From Eledone cirrhosa (lineage: Eukaryota), in assembly GCA_964016885.1 (NCBI GenBank), contig OZ024756.1, positions 29,326,001 to 29,390,000 on the forward strand: a stretch of 64,000 nucleotides of DNA, in the 5' to 3' direction. The position numbers and the translations under genes were made by a program. The notes beneath the pieces are model-generated. The model ran no database searches, was not told where the DNA came from, and saw only the letters and a list, made by a program, of their open reading frames with translations. Shown here in pieces: positions 1-13,325 of the stretch; positions within the stretch are counted from its first letter, which is position 1; each line of letters starts with the position of its first letter.

Positions 1-333
1 TGCCGGCCCGTCAAAAATCAGAAATTAGTATTGTTGCTCTGAAATAGCGATGTATATATGAATATACGTATAGTATATTTAACAATTGTTTCTACTTTTG
101 ACACAAGGCCAGCAATTACCCAGTGTATTACTGGCATTTTGTTTTATCGACCATGGTGTCTGACTCTCTACCGATACTGCCAATTCACCGATATACTGTA
201 TGTTTATTTAAAAACATTTTGAAGGCCGTTCGTTATGAATTTTAAAGTAGTGACTAAGATCACATAAAACTCATAGCAAATGGCCTTCAAAATGTTTTAA
301 AATAAACATACAGTATATTATTAAATATACTAT

Positions 334-440
334 ACCCGCCGAGGTTAACTTTGCCTTTCATCCTTACGGGGTCGATAAAATAAAGTACCAGTAATGTACT
401 GGGTAAGTGCTGGCCTTGTGCCTAAAGTAGAAACAATTAT
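334..440 (+). mobile_element. SINE family B fragment (Nin/Deu-like core)
   Basis: ctttgcctttcatccttacggggtcgataaaataaagtaccag...gtagaaacaattatt. An inverted partial copy lies at about 82-190. Confidence 0.75.
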
Positions 441-1261
441 TAAATATACTATACGTACATTCATATATACATCGCTATTCCAGAGCACCAATAGTAATTT
501 CTCATTTTTGCTGGGCCGGCAACCGCTCTTATTAATGAGTTTAAACAGCTCCTCATTCCCCACAACACACACATACACACATATATACACACACATTACA
601 AACACACATAGATATATACACATAGATATACACACATTCATATAAACACATATACACACACACATATACATACCTAGACATACACACATAGACACACGTA
701 CATTACACACACACGCGCACATAGACAGACACATATATACACACACACCACACACAAATATTGTCCTCCCTACCTCCTACCTGTCTCATTGGAGACCCTG
801 ACACAAAGACCACGAACGCTGTATTTTTCATTTTGCTGACGCTTCAATGAAGCAACTTTTACCCAGGAACAATAACTCTGTACAAGAACAACTACTCCTA
901 CAACGAAGAGTAAGGGAAGCAACTCTTTATTGTATAGTTATTTCGGGGAAGAAATGCAGAATACTAAACCACGACTGGAAAAGCACGATCTCTCTCTCTC
1001 TCTCTCTCTCTCTGTATACATATATATATTCCAGGTCTGTGTTTTCTTTATCATTTATTTTATTTTGTTTTTACCTGTTTAGCTTGATTTGCTTTTTGGC
1101 TTAGGTGGTTGATGCTTTCTTGACCACTATTTCAGTTTTGTATGGCCTCTTAACATATTGTTTTAGCTCTGGTTTTTTAACTATCGAGCGCTTGCCAATA
1201 TCATATCCGATTTTTGCTTTTCGTTTCGCCTTTTCTACCAGCCGAAATGCGATTCTCGCTG

Positions 1262-1295
<34 letters not shown>

Positions 1296-1501
1296 GCTTA
1301 TTATGATCCAGAACTTACTCACTATTTTGAAAAGTTGGACGTGAACCACAATTATCATTGAGTGGCTGCTATTTGCAGTATAGCAATATATGGTTGCACT
1401 TACCAATGAAACGGTCGTAAATACCTGGATAAAATCCTTTTCTTAATGCTTGCCTGTGTTTTCTCTTATATATATATATATATATATATATGTGTTGGGG
1501 G

Positions 1502-1562
<61 letters not shown>

Positions 1563-2078
1563 TTTCACCGTATTTTAGACTAAAGAAATTTCTAGCCTGA
1601 TAGTGGGGTTTATAACCCTCGGAGAAATGGAAAAAGATGAGTGTTGCCGATGAAATTTCTTTAGTCTAAAATACGGTGAAAGCTTATAATTTCTAATTTC
1701 AAACTCGCGCACCGTTTCAAAAACATACTTACATGTTTACGTTTATAATTTGCTTATATATATATATATAAATAACAGAGGAGTTGTGGTAAGGAACCAG
1801 ATGGACCACAACACACCAGAGTACTCAATACTTAGGGTAGTAGAGTAGGTAATAGGAGAAAGTATGACCCCGACGGCAGAGCTCAAGCCGTTTCGACGGG
1901 GCTATTTCTGCTTTAGTCCAGAAATAGCCGTCGAAACGGCTTGAGCTCTGCCGTCGGGGTCATACTTTCTCATATATATATATACGCGTCCATACATTCA
2001 TTCCCCGTATTCCAAAATATTTGGCAGAGACCAACCTTTCACCAGGTCTGGACAGAGGACATAGAAAGTGTGTGTGTA

Positions 2079-2153
<75 letters not shown>

Positions 2154-2509
2154 TAGTGACAAAGATGGGATGAGGGAAAGAGGGGGGGGGCTGAGAGAGA
2201 TGGGACGAGGGAGAGAGAGGAGCTGAGAGAAATGGGGGGGGGGGTAGAGAGAGAGAGAGAGGGAATGAAATGATGTGAGAAAGAATCGACCCCAGTACTG
2301 CAGTGGTACTTCTTTTATCGACAACTCGAAAGATTGAAAGGTAAAGTTGACCTCGGCGAGAATTGAACTTACTTATGAATGGGAAACATTTGTATAGAGA
2401 CTGTTGAGTGGTGGGTTTTATGGTAGCACCAAAACTGACCACTTTACAGTGTTGACTGTTGGGATTGGAGAGGTAAGTCTAGAGTTGGGGCAGTTAGCTT
2501 GAGAACGGT

Positions 2510-3440
2510 GTAGTGTTAGGACGTAGTTGAAGGGTGGAGTGTTAAGACGTGGCTGAAGGGTGGAGTGTTAGGACGTGAAGGAAGAGTGGAGTGTTAAGAC
2601 GTGAGGGAAGGGTGGAGTGTTAAGACGTGAGGGAAGGGTGGAGTGTTAAGAGGTGAGGGAAAGGTGGAGTGTTAAGACGTGAGGGAAGGGTGGAGTGTTA
2701 AGACGTGAGGGAAGGGTGGAGTGTTAAGACGTGAGGGAAGGGTGGAGTGTTAAGAGGTGAGGGAAAGGTGGAGTGTTAAGACGTGAGGGAAGGGTGGAGT
2801 GTTAAGACGTGAGGGAAGGGTGGAGTGTTAAGACGTGAAGGAAGGGTGGAGTGTTAAGACGTGAGGGAAGGGTGGAGTGTTAAGAGGTGAGGGAAAGGTG
2901 GAGTGTTAAGACGTGAGGGAAGGGTGGAGTGTTAAGACGTGAGGGAAGGGTGGAGTGTTAAGACGTGAAGGAAGGGTGGAGTGTTAAGACGTGAGGGAAG
3001 GGTGGAGTGTTAAGAGGTGAGGGAAAGGTGGAGTGTTAAGACGTGAGGGAAGGGTGGAGTGTTAAGACGTGAGGGAAGGGTGGAGTGTTAAGACGTGAGG
3101 GAAGGGTGGAGTGTTAAGACGTGAGGGAAGGGTGGAGTGTTAAGACGTGAGGGAAGGGTGGAGTGTTAAGACGTGAAGGAAGGGTGGAGTGTTAAGACGT
3201 GAGGGAAGAGTGGAGTGTTAAGACGTGAGGGAAGAGTGGAGTGTTAAGACGTGAGGGAAGAGTGGAGTGTTAAGACGTGAGGGAAGAGTGGAGTTTTAAG
3301 ACGTGGCTGAAGGGTGGAGTGTTAAGACGTGGCTGAAGGGTGGAGTGTTAAGACGTGAGGGAAGAGTGGAGTGTTAAGACGTGGGGGAAGGGTGGAGTTT
3401 TAAGACGTGGCTGAAGGGTGGAGTGTTAAGACGTGGGGGG
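2510..3440. repeat. 26-bp G-rich minisatellite (gtgagggaagggtggagtgttaagac), about 35 copies
   Basis: Directly visible tandem array. Confidence 0.95.
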
Positions 3441-3782
3441 CACACATACATACACACATATACACACATACACACACACACATAGACATACACACATACA
3501 TACACACACATAAACACATATACACACACAGACAAAGAGACAGGCACGCACACAAATATTGTCCTCCCTACCTCCTACCTGTCTCATTGGAGACCCTGAC
3601 ACAAAGACCATGAACGCTGCATTTTTCACTTTGCTGACGCTTCAATGAAGCAACTTTTACCCAGGAACAATAACTCTGTACAAGAACAACTACTCCGTTA
3701 ACGAAGAGTAAGGGAAGCAACTCTTTATTGTACATTTATTTCGGGGAGGAAATGCAGAATACAAAACCACGACTGGAAAAGC

Positions 3783-3819
<37 letters not shown>

Positions 3820-4787
3820 GCGTCCATACATAGTTTCCCCATATTCCAAGATATATAGCAGAGACCCTCCTCTCACCAGGTCTGAACACAGAGGAAGTGG
3901 GTGAGAGAGAGAGAGGTGGAGAGGAAGAGAGAGAGATGGGAAAAGAGAGAAGGGAGAAGAGAGTGCTTCCTTCACACTTGTTGCATTGTTGCATAATATT
4001 CTCCGGGGAAATTATGCATGGACGCGTCACTTTTGGTGGAGTTGTAGAAGCGCCGTTCGGATATGTGGTGCGTGTTGAGTAATATAAACCTCGCAGAGAC
4101 CGTCTCCTCACCAGGTCTGGGGGGAGAGAGAGAGAGAGATAGTGAGAGAGATGGGGGAGAGGGAGAGGAGAAGAGAGAGAGATAGAAAGAGAGAGGGGGG
4201 GAGTCAATGAGATGATGTGAGAAAGAGATGTACAGAAAGAATCGATCTCGGTGCTACAAGGATACTTCTTTTATGAAACCTCGAAAGATTGAAAGGCAAA
4301 GTATATATGCATGTCTCTCTCTCTCTCTATATATATATATTAAAGGTATATATTGAGTTAGGAACTCAAAATAGTCTCTTACAACAAATAGCTCTAAGAA
4401 AGAGATATTTCTGAGCCGTATATTATAATAGAATATAAAAGAAAAAACGAACACAGATATATAGATATATGTGTTCAAATCGTAAGGGACCTAATTCGCT
4501 AAGGTGAAAAGAATACTAACTATAGACAATTGGGTTCGCTTGTCTCAATTTAAGAAAAAATTAAGAAAATAAATACAAACCGAAATGTGGCAATTACCAA
4601 TCACCCAGACAACTTGTTGTTTCGCAAAGTTAATTGTGAATAGAAATACTAATCCAATAGTAATTCAATTGTTTTAGCCTTTGTTTTCACCTTAGCGAAT
4701 CAGGTCCCTTACGATTTGAACACATATATCTATATATCTGTGTTCGTTTTTTCTTTTATATTCTATTATTGATGATGATGATGATGA

Positions 4788-4836
<49 letters not shown>

Positions 4837-5022
4837 AACGAGTAGGACCCCGACGGCTGAGCTCAAGCCGTTTCGACGGCTAATTCTGAATTAGCCGTTG
4901 AAACGGCTTGAGCTCAGCCGTCGGGGTCCTACTCGTTCCTATTACCCACTCTACTACCCTAACTAAGTATTGAGTACTTTGGTGCGTTATGGTCCACCTG
5001 GTTCCTTACCATATTTCCTTCG

Positions 5023-5093
<71 letters not shown>

Positions 5094-5186
5094 TATATTG
5101 TATATATACACAAACACTTTATATATATATATATATATGTGCATATATATATATTATATATATATATATATATATATGTGCATATA

Positions 5187-5263
<77 letters not shown>

Positions 5264-5398
5264 GTGTTTCCGTAGGAAAGGTAAAGGAAAGGAGACCTTA
5301 CATTACGTCCGTTATTTTATTTTATTTTATATCAGCTTTGCTTTCAAATTTTTTAACCTTTGTTTTTAAATCCATATCTTACATCCACTTCAAATATA

Positions 5399-5473
5399 AT
5401 TCCATTCTGATGAGCGATTTAAGACGTCTGTGTCAAGCTCGTCTGTCTTCGTGAAACCTTTGGTAAATGGAAT
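5399..5473 (+). ncRNA. Type I hammerhead ribozyme motif
   Basis: Stem I attccatt/aatggaat (8 bp), CTGATGA, stem II gcga...tcgt, GAAA, stem III ACC-ttt-GGT. Predicted cleavage after GUA at 5465. Confidence 0.8.
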
Positions 5474-5562
5474 AATTGTCTTATGTTGTTTATTACATAA
5501 CTATATATATATATATATACATATACTATCCCCAAAAGGACACACACAAACAAATATATATG

Positions 5563-5613
<51 letters not shown>

Positions 5614-6102
5614 GTCCCACAACATCCAGGCCGAAACAAATGAGATCGTGTAGGTGTCACGACAAAAAAACACACAGTCCACGCTGTAAATGTGGCCGTG
5701 TAGGCAACACGGTAAAAACCTCCCAGCCCCACACTGTAAATGTGGTTGGTGTTAGGAAGGGCATCCAGCTGTAGAAAACCCGCCAGACAGTCCACGCTGT
5801 AATGTGGCCGTGTAGGCAACACGGTAAAAACCTCCCAGCCCCACACTGTAAATGTGGTTGGTGTTAGGAAGGGCATCCAACTGTAGAAAACCCGCCAGAC
5901 AGTCCTATGCGAGCAAGACAACCACTCTTGCCTCAAGTGGGAAAACCCCCGTCCAAACCCATGCAAGCGTGGAACACGGACGCTAAACCTGATGATGATG
6001 ATGATATATATATATACACGTAGGTCCCGGGTTGAGTCGGGGATAACCACAGTAAGTAAGGTACTCAATACATGGTAGAGTAACATTTTTTATTTTATAG
6101 AA

Positions 6103-6157
6103 GGAGCTTCTACAGAACTAGTACTGTTTCATTCAGATGAAATCTTCAGGAAGCTCC
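6103..6157 (-). ncRNA. Type I hammerhead ribozyme motif (family alpha)
   Basis: ggagcttc CTGAAGA tttcatctgaat GAAACAG tactagtt CTGTA gaagctcc. Confidence 0.72.
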
Positions 6158-6179
6158 TGAAGAGCTGTAGAAGCTCCTT

Positions 6180-6220
<41 letters not shown>

Positions 6221-6266
6221 TCATCATCATCACATATATAAATACACACACACACACAAACAAATA

Positions 6267-6341
<75 letters not shown>

Positions 6342-6856
6342 TCAGGTTATCAATAATGTAGTGATAATATATCGTTACGTTAGAGATGAACAGCGTACGT
6401 GCAGGTTTGCTCAACGAGTATAAATTATATTCCGGAGAAAATGTAGAAAGGATGAATATAAAATGAAAGTGCTTTTTTTAAAAAAAGGAATTTATTAGGT
6501 ATTGACATATGTTTCTGTAACAGACTGAATACCTATGTATCGCTGCTTGCGTAATCATATAATGTTAGCAAGTATTCGATAGCAAATGTATAAACAGTTG
6601 TCACTTCTTCAGAGATTTTGGATAAATTGGATAAAATCAGAAAAATTGAAGTATTTATATTAGTAATAGAGGAAGAAACAGAGGGGATAGTATATGACAG
6701 ATGGTAAATTAATTTACTACTAAACAAGTATATAATGGGTTTCTCATGAGAATACCATGAGTAAATCTAAATAAGAATTTTGGGAGTGCCAATTTTAATC
6801 TCTACTTGACCAACTGGACAGTGGACAGGGCTGGTCATTTGGTGCAGTAGTATATG

Positions 6857-6926
<70 letters not shown>

Positions 6927-7119
6927 TATACATATATATATATACATATATATATATACATTTATATATAGACTGTCGGTCGCTATATTTGATTTGCAAA
7001 GCTGTCTAAACGTATTCGTTAGCTTGGCCGCCGCCAAAAGCTTAGTTGATGCTGTACTAAAATTTATATATATATATATATATATATGTATATGTATGAA
7101 ATGTTGACTTATACCTCTT

Positions 7120-7156
<37 letters not shown>

Positions 7157-7452
7157 AAAATGTTCACAGCCCAACGGCAGAGCTCAAGCCGTTCCCATGG
7201 TTATTTCTGAACTAAATTAGATTTTTAACATGGTAATAAATAGCCGAACTTTTCAAGGGGTAATTCCTTATATGGGAAGACTGTAGTTGTCTAAAGGATT
7301 GGTCAAAATTTCTTGTAAACACAATTAAATCTTTCATGGCGTTATGGTTATGGTCCACCTGGTTCTTTACCACACTTCCTTCATTATATATATATATATA
7401 CACACACATATATACACATAGATATATACATATGTATAATTGTCTGTTTGTG

Positions 7453-7524
<72 letters not shown>

Positions 7525-7746
7525 CATACATATATATATACATATACATATACACACACACATATATATATATATATGTATGTATATGTATATGTATGTA
7601 AAAAGTATATACTCATACACTGAGGCTAACAATCTCTGTGTACAAAATAACAAAGAAACAGTGTTTTGCAGTGGTAGTAGTATAAGTTTATGGAATATCT
7701 AAAGTAGGAAAGATCTGTGTAAAAGTGTGAGGATAGTATGTGTGCA

Positions 7747-7799
<53 letters not shown>

Positions 7800-7823
7800 T
7801 CATCATTATCATCATTATCATCG

Positions 7824-7888
<65 letters not shown>

Positions 7889-8271
7889 ATATATATATAT
7901 GAGAGCCCTGCATTCAATCGCGGTTAACCGCAGTAAGTAAGGAAGTAAGGTACTCAATACATTAGTAGAGTGTATACAACAAATATCGAAATAGCTTCTA
8001 CAGGACTAAAACTGTTTCTGTAAAAGCCATTTTTATATTAAATTTGTTGTTTACACTCTAACTAATGTATTGAGTACTTTACTTACTGTGGCCACCCCCG
8101 ATCGGACCTGGGACTCACATATTATTTAGCACCTAACTATGCCCTTTATAACCATCACCAAGAAACAATCCTGACCAAATTTGACATCAACATTTCTATG
8201 AAGAATATCCATTTCACCAAGGAAACTACTTAAAAACACTGAGCAGGCATACACATGAAAAGAATGCAAGT

Positions 8272-8325
8272 TGGCTTTCCTGATGATTTCCTTTGAATGA
8301 AACAGTTCTAGTCCTGTAGAAGCCA
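8272..8325 (+). ncRNA. Type I hammerhead ribozyme motif (family alpha)
   Basis: tggctttc CTGATGA tttcctttgaat GAAACAG ttctagtc CTGTA gaagcca. Confidence 0.65.
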
Positions 8326-8508
8326 TTTCTCTATTAATCTATTAAATTTGTTTTATATATATATATATATATATAGAAGTAGAAGAATGTATCTACTTCT
8401 ACCAAACTCGTCCCATGGACTGAGTGCTCTACCACTACGGATATTACCTTCCAGTTTTCTACCTCCCTCCCTCTCTCTCTCTCTTTCTATATATATATAT
8501 ATATATAT

Positions 8509-8565
8509 ATGAGATTCTACAGGACTAGAACTGTTTCATTCTTTAGAAATCATCAGGAATCTCAT
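8509..8565 (-). ncRNA. Type I hammerhead ribozyme motif (family alpha)
   Basis: atgagattc CTGATGA tttctaaagaat GAAACAG ttctagtc CTGTA gaatctcat, with a 9-bp stem I. Confidence 0.72.
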
Positions 8566-10367
8566 GACGATTCCTGTAGAATCTCATCTATATTAAAACT
8601 TTTATACTCTGCAATGTATTGAGTACCTTACTTACTGTGGTTACCTCCGATTCAACCCGGAATAACGTATATATATATATATATATATAAAATAATTGTT
8701 TCTACTTTTGGGCACAAGGCCAGCAATTATTCCAGCGCATTACTGGTACTTCATTTTATCGACCCTGTAAGGATAAAGGTAGTTAAGATAGGATTTTAAA
8801 TCACCATAATTGTTTATTGCATTATATGTTACATGGTTATTCTGACTTCGTCAGATGCTTATGCATTCTTTGGTGCAGTTATGCAATCACTGTGATATAT
8901 TGGTGGCCATACACATCCATCCAGTAGTGAAGTGATTTGGATGGCTGAGACAGGTAAAATAGTAAAAGAGTAAATATATATATATGTGTGTGTGTCTGTG
9001 TGGTCGTGTAGGTGACATGACAAAAAGCACCCAGTCCACACTGTAAAGTGGTCGTGTAGGAGACACGGTAAAAAGGCTCCCAGTCCACACTGTAAATGTG
9101 GTTGGTGTTCGGAAGGGCATCCAACTGTAGAAAACCTGCCAGAAACAGTTCTATATGAGCAAGACACAGTCACCTGACCAATCTTGCCTCAAGTGGGACA
9201 AACCCGTCCAACCCATGCTAACGTGGAAGATGTACGTTAAATTATGATGATGATGATGATGTATACATATATATATATAGATAGATAGATAGAGAGAGAG
9301 AGAGTGAGGGAGAGGGAGAGAGAGAGAGAGTCTGCAGTGACGAGACCAAGGAAACCAGTAATCATGGGAGTACTCAATATATGGGAAGATGGAGGGGTTG
9401 GTATAGAGATATGTGTTTAACGCTGTGATGGACTGGCGTCATATCCAGGGGGAAGTCATGTACTCTCAGTGATGCCACAGAACCAGGATAAGCACTGGCC
9501 TGGTGAGCCTCCAGGCTTGAGAAAGACTTTAGACCATACACACATCTATGTATGTATATATGTATATGAGTGTTTATGTAAATCACCCAACCACACTCTA
9601 CACTAATAATTGATAAGGAAATGTTTTCACCACCCTTTCTCCTTCCTTATTCTAGACATGTATACAAATACAGCTACATAGAAAAATGTGCACAGCCATA
9701 CCACATACAGAATATATATATATATATATGTGTGTGTGTACACACACATACAAACATTACATACATACACACATCTGGGACATACAGACAAACTCAGATA
9801 ACACCAATGTAAAGAAAGATGTAGACAAAGAAGTTTTTGGAAAAACTAAAGAATTTATGTATTTGGAACATGAACACATCTAGCACATATATCACAACAG
9901 CAGAGGTAGGTTTGGCTTATCATTTTTAAATTACCATATATGCTCGTTTAGATACCAATCCCATGTAGAAGCTAATTCTATATTATTTGCCCACAGAAAA
10001 AAATTGTATTTTGCCATGTATCTCATGTAAAAATCAATTCTAGTTCTTCACAGAGATTTGAAAAACAGATCAAGATTTATGAAATCAAGGTATTATCCCG
10101 AACATAAATTTTACAGTGAGGAAATCTAATTTTTCTAACCTATTATTTTCTGAGACATGTTTTGATTATGTATTTTTGTCCATTATATTTATAAGATTCC
10201 TAGCAATAATTAATTGTACATATAATTTGTGTTTATATTTTCATTCTGTAAGAATCCAGGGTGGTGGAACTGCCTAAACACACATCTATTTGTATATGCG
10301 CTAACAATTTATGTTTTATGTTATGTTTATCACATATCAAAGTGTTTGTATATCTTGGTTGATATTT

Positions 10368-10555
10368 GATAATTGTTTCTACTTTTGGCACAAGGCCAGC
10401 AATTACACAGTGCATTACTGGTACTTTATTTTATCGACCCCGTAAGGATGAAAGGCAAAGTTAACCTCGGCGGGATTTGAACTCAGAATAGCAAGGGCCG
10501 TAACTCTATGCATCAAAGCATGGCGTCCGACCCTCTACCGATACTGCCAATTCAC
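10368..10555 (-). mobile_element. tRNA-derived SINE family B (Nin/Deu-like core)
   Basis: Head tggcagtatcggtagag, B box gagttcaaatccc, core gcctttcatccttacggggtcgataaaat. Confidence 0.85.
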
Positions 10556-10814
10556 CACACTTATTTGATAATAACAGCTAAACTAATCACTACAACTAAA
10601 TGAACCAATTTGCTCCACCCACCTAATTCAGAAATGTTCCCACTGCCCCTGAGAATTATAAACAATTTGTAATGGTATTTCTACATTTTTGTGTATTATA
10701 TTTATATTTATATTTATGCATTATATTTACAATCAATTTTTATCAGTACCAGTAATCTACTGGGATAATTGCTGGCCTTGTGCCAATAGTAGAAACAATT
10801 ATCAATTATAAGCA

Positions 10815-11035
10815 ATAATTGTTTCTACTTTTGGCACAAGGCCAGCAATTTGAAGGGAAGGGGAAAGTCGATTAAATTAAACCCAGTACATTACTGGTAC
10901 TTTATTTTATTGACCTCGTAAGGATGAAAGGCAAAGTTAACTACAATGAGATTTGAACTCAGACCGTAAAGGGCAGTAACTCTATGCTACAAAGCATAGT
11001 ATCCGACCCTCTACCGATACTGCCAATCCACTGCC
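10815..11035 (-). mobile_element. SINE family B
   Basis: Homologous to 10368-10555. Confidence 0.8.
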
Positions 11036-11116
11036 CTAAATTATAAGCAATAATTGTTTCTACTTTGTAAGCAATAATGATAACCAATTTGTTATGGTAT
11101 ATATTTGTGTATTATA

Positions 11117-11197
11117 CAGTGTGTCCCACAAAAATGTATACACATTTCAACAGCATTGTAATCAAAGTGCATATATACATTTTGGTGGGCGACCCTG
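11117..11197. mobile_element. Tc1/mariner-type MITE
   Basis: TA-CAGTGTGTCCCACAAAAATGTATA...TATACATTTTGGTGGGCGACCCTG-TA. Confidence 0.7.
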
Positions 11198-11289
11198 TAT
11201 ATTTATGCATATTAAACATTTGTGTATTATATTTATGTATATATATATATATATATGTGTGTATATTTTGTGTACTTATGTGTATTATA

Positions 11290-11368
11290 CAGGGTGGACC
11301 CTAAAAATGTATACATATTTCAACAGCATTGTAATCATGGTGTGTATACATTTTGGGGCGACACCCTG
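11290..11368. mobile_element. Tc1/mariner-type MITE (second copy)
   Basis: TA-CAGGGTG...CACCCTG-TA. Confidence 0.72.
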
Positions 11369-11547
11369 TATATTTATCATTATCATCATCATCATCACTG
11401 TTTTACGTCCATTCTTCCATGCTAGCATGGGTTAGACAGGTCGTCCTATTGTGGGCATTGCCCAGTCTGCTGACCTTGTCTTGCTCATACGGGAACTGAT
11501 TCTGGCTTGATTTCTACAGCTGGATGCCCTTCTTACACCAACCTCAT

Positions 11548-12290
11548 TTACAGTGAGTGCTGGGTGCTTTTTTAACGTGGCACCTACACAACCACTTTAC
11601 AGTGAGTGCTGGGTGATTTTTTACCGTGGCGCCTACACGACCACTTTACAGTGAGTGCTGGGTGCTTTTTTAACGTGGCACCTACACAACCACTTTACAG
11701 TGAGTGCTGGGTGATTTTTTACCGTGGCACCTATACAACCACTTTACAGTGAGTGCTGGGTGATTTTTTACCATGGCACCTACACAACTACTTTACAGTG
11801 AGTGCTGGGTGCTTTTTTACCATGACGCCTACACAACCACTTTATAGTGAGTGCTGGGTGCTTTTTTACCGTGGCGCCTACACGACCACTTTACAGTGAG
11901 TGCTGGGTGCTTTTTTACCATGGCGCCTACACAACCACTTTATAGTGAGTGCTGGGTGCTTTTTTACCGTGGCGCCTACACGACCACTTTACAGTGAGTG
12001 CTGGGTGATTTTTTTACCGTGGCGCCTACACGACCACTTTACAGTGAGTGCTGGGTGCTTTTTTACCATAGCGCCTACACAACCACTTTACAGTGAGTGC
12101 TGGGTGCTTTTTTACCTTGGCACCTACACAACCACTTTACAGTGAGTGCTGGGTGCTTTTTTACCGTGGCACCTACACAACCACTTTACAGTGAGTGCTG
12201 GGTGCTTTTTTGCCGTGGCGCCTACACAACCACTTTGCAGTGTGGGCTGGGTGCTTTTTTGCCGTGGCACCTCCACGACCACTTTGCAGT
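11548..12290. repeat. 49-bp SINE-derived minisatellite, about 15 copies
   Basis: Unit ttacagtgagtgctgggtgcttttttaccgtggcgcctacacgaccact. Confidence 0.95.
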
Positions 12291-12624
12291 GGGAGGGTAT
12301 ATGGCATATTGTCTATATGCTTCAGCTTCGGCTTGTACCCATGGGAAGTCGGGTCTTCTGTATTACTGTGTGACACCAGAGGTCACGGTCCTGTATATTT
12401 ATGTGTATTATTTTTATGAGATTGCTAGCAATAATTATTTGTATAATTTATATGTGTTTATATTTTCATTCCACAAGAATGATAATCAATTTGTAATGTT
12501 ATTTATACAACTGTTAATAAAACAACGTATATATAATAGAATTATTTATAAAATGCCAGGCAACCTAATTTGTATAATTTCATGTGAAGAAATAACAGTG
12601 TTATTACTGTAGTTCATTGTTTTC

Positions 12625-12677
<53 letters not shown>

Positions 12678-12997
12678 TATATACATATATATGCAGGGAA
12701 AAGCAAACGTAAAATGATGATGATGATGATGATGATATGTATATATATATATATATATATATACAGTATATATAGTAATAATAATAAATGTAATAATAAT
12801 AAATGTGAAGACTAAAATCCAAAGAGGGCTCAATAAGGATAAATTATATCAAATATATAAGAACCATAGAGCAAATATTTATTAAAATAACATTAAAGTT
12901 TAAGCAAAGAATCGCTGCTTTCACCCTTAATTAAATTCACCGTTAAGGGTGAAAGCAATGATTCTTTGCTTAAACTTTAATCTGTTATTTTAATATA

Positions 12998-13325
12998 ATG
13001 GAGGCTTAGTGGTTAGAGCATTGGCCTTGTAATCGAAAGGTTGTGAGTTCAATTCTCAGACTGGGTGATGTGCTGTTTCCTTGAGCAAGACACTTTATTT
13101 CACATTGCTCCAGTTTACTCAGCTGTAGAAATGAGATGATAGGGACTGGGGTCTCTATCATTCCACTGCAAAGTAGTCGTGGAGGTGCCACAGCAAAAAA
13201 GCACCCAGCACTCACTGTAAATGAGGTTGGTGTTAGGAAGGGCATCCAGCTGTAGAAATCAAGCCAGAATCAGTTCCCGTCCCGCCCTTGCAAGCAGGGA
13301 AAGGGCAGACATAAAATGAAATGAT
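12998..13325 (+). mobile_element. tRNA-derived SINE, family A (Meta/MESC-like core, (ATG)n tail)
   Basis: A box ggcttagtggttagagc, B box gagttcaattc, core ccttgagcaagacacttta, 3' end ggaagggcatccagctgtagaa...aaatgatg. Confidence 0.85.

Noticed and set aside
1640-1700. Hammerhead-like CCGATGA...GAAAGCTTA (also CCGAAGA...GACA near 32500-32535 minus, and TTGGTGA near 39772)
   Set aside because: Core mutated and/or stems weak; at most decayed relics, so not listed as RNA features.
8856-9905. Possible upstream 5' UTR exons of the Ig gene (donor-like sites near 8953 and 9906)
   Set aside because: Splice signals alone cannot be validated without transcripts.
12998-13070. tRNA gene
   Set aside because: A and B boxes belong to a SINE head; no complete cloverleaf.
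13006-13245. Recurrent 79-aa MPFLTPTSF ORF family
   Set aside because: Antisense translation of SINE family A.
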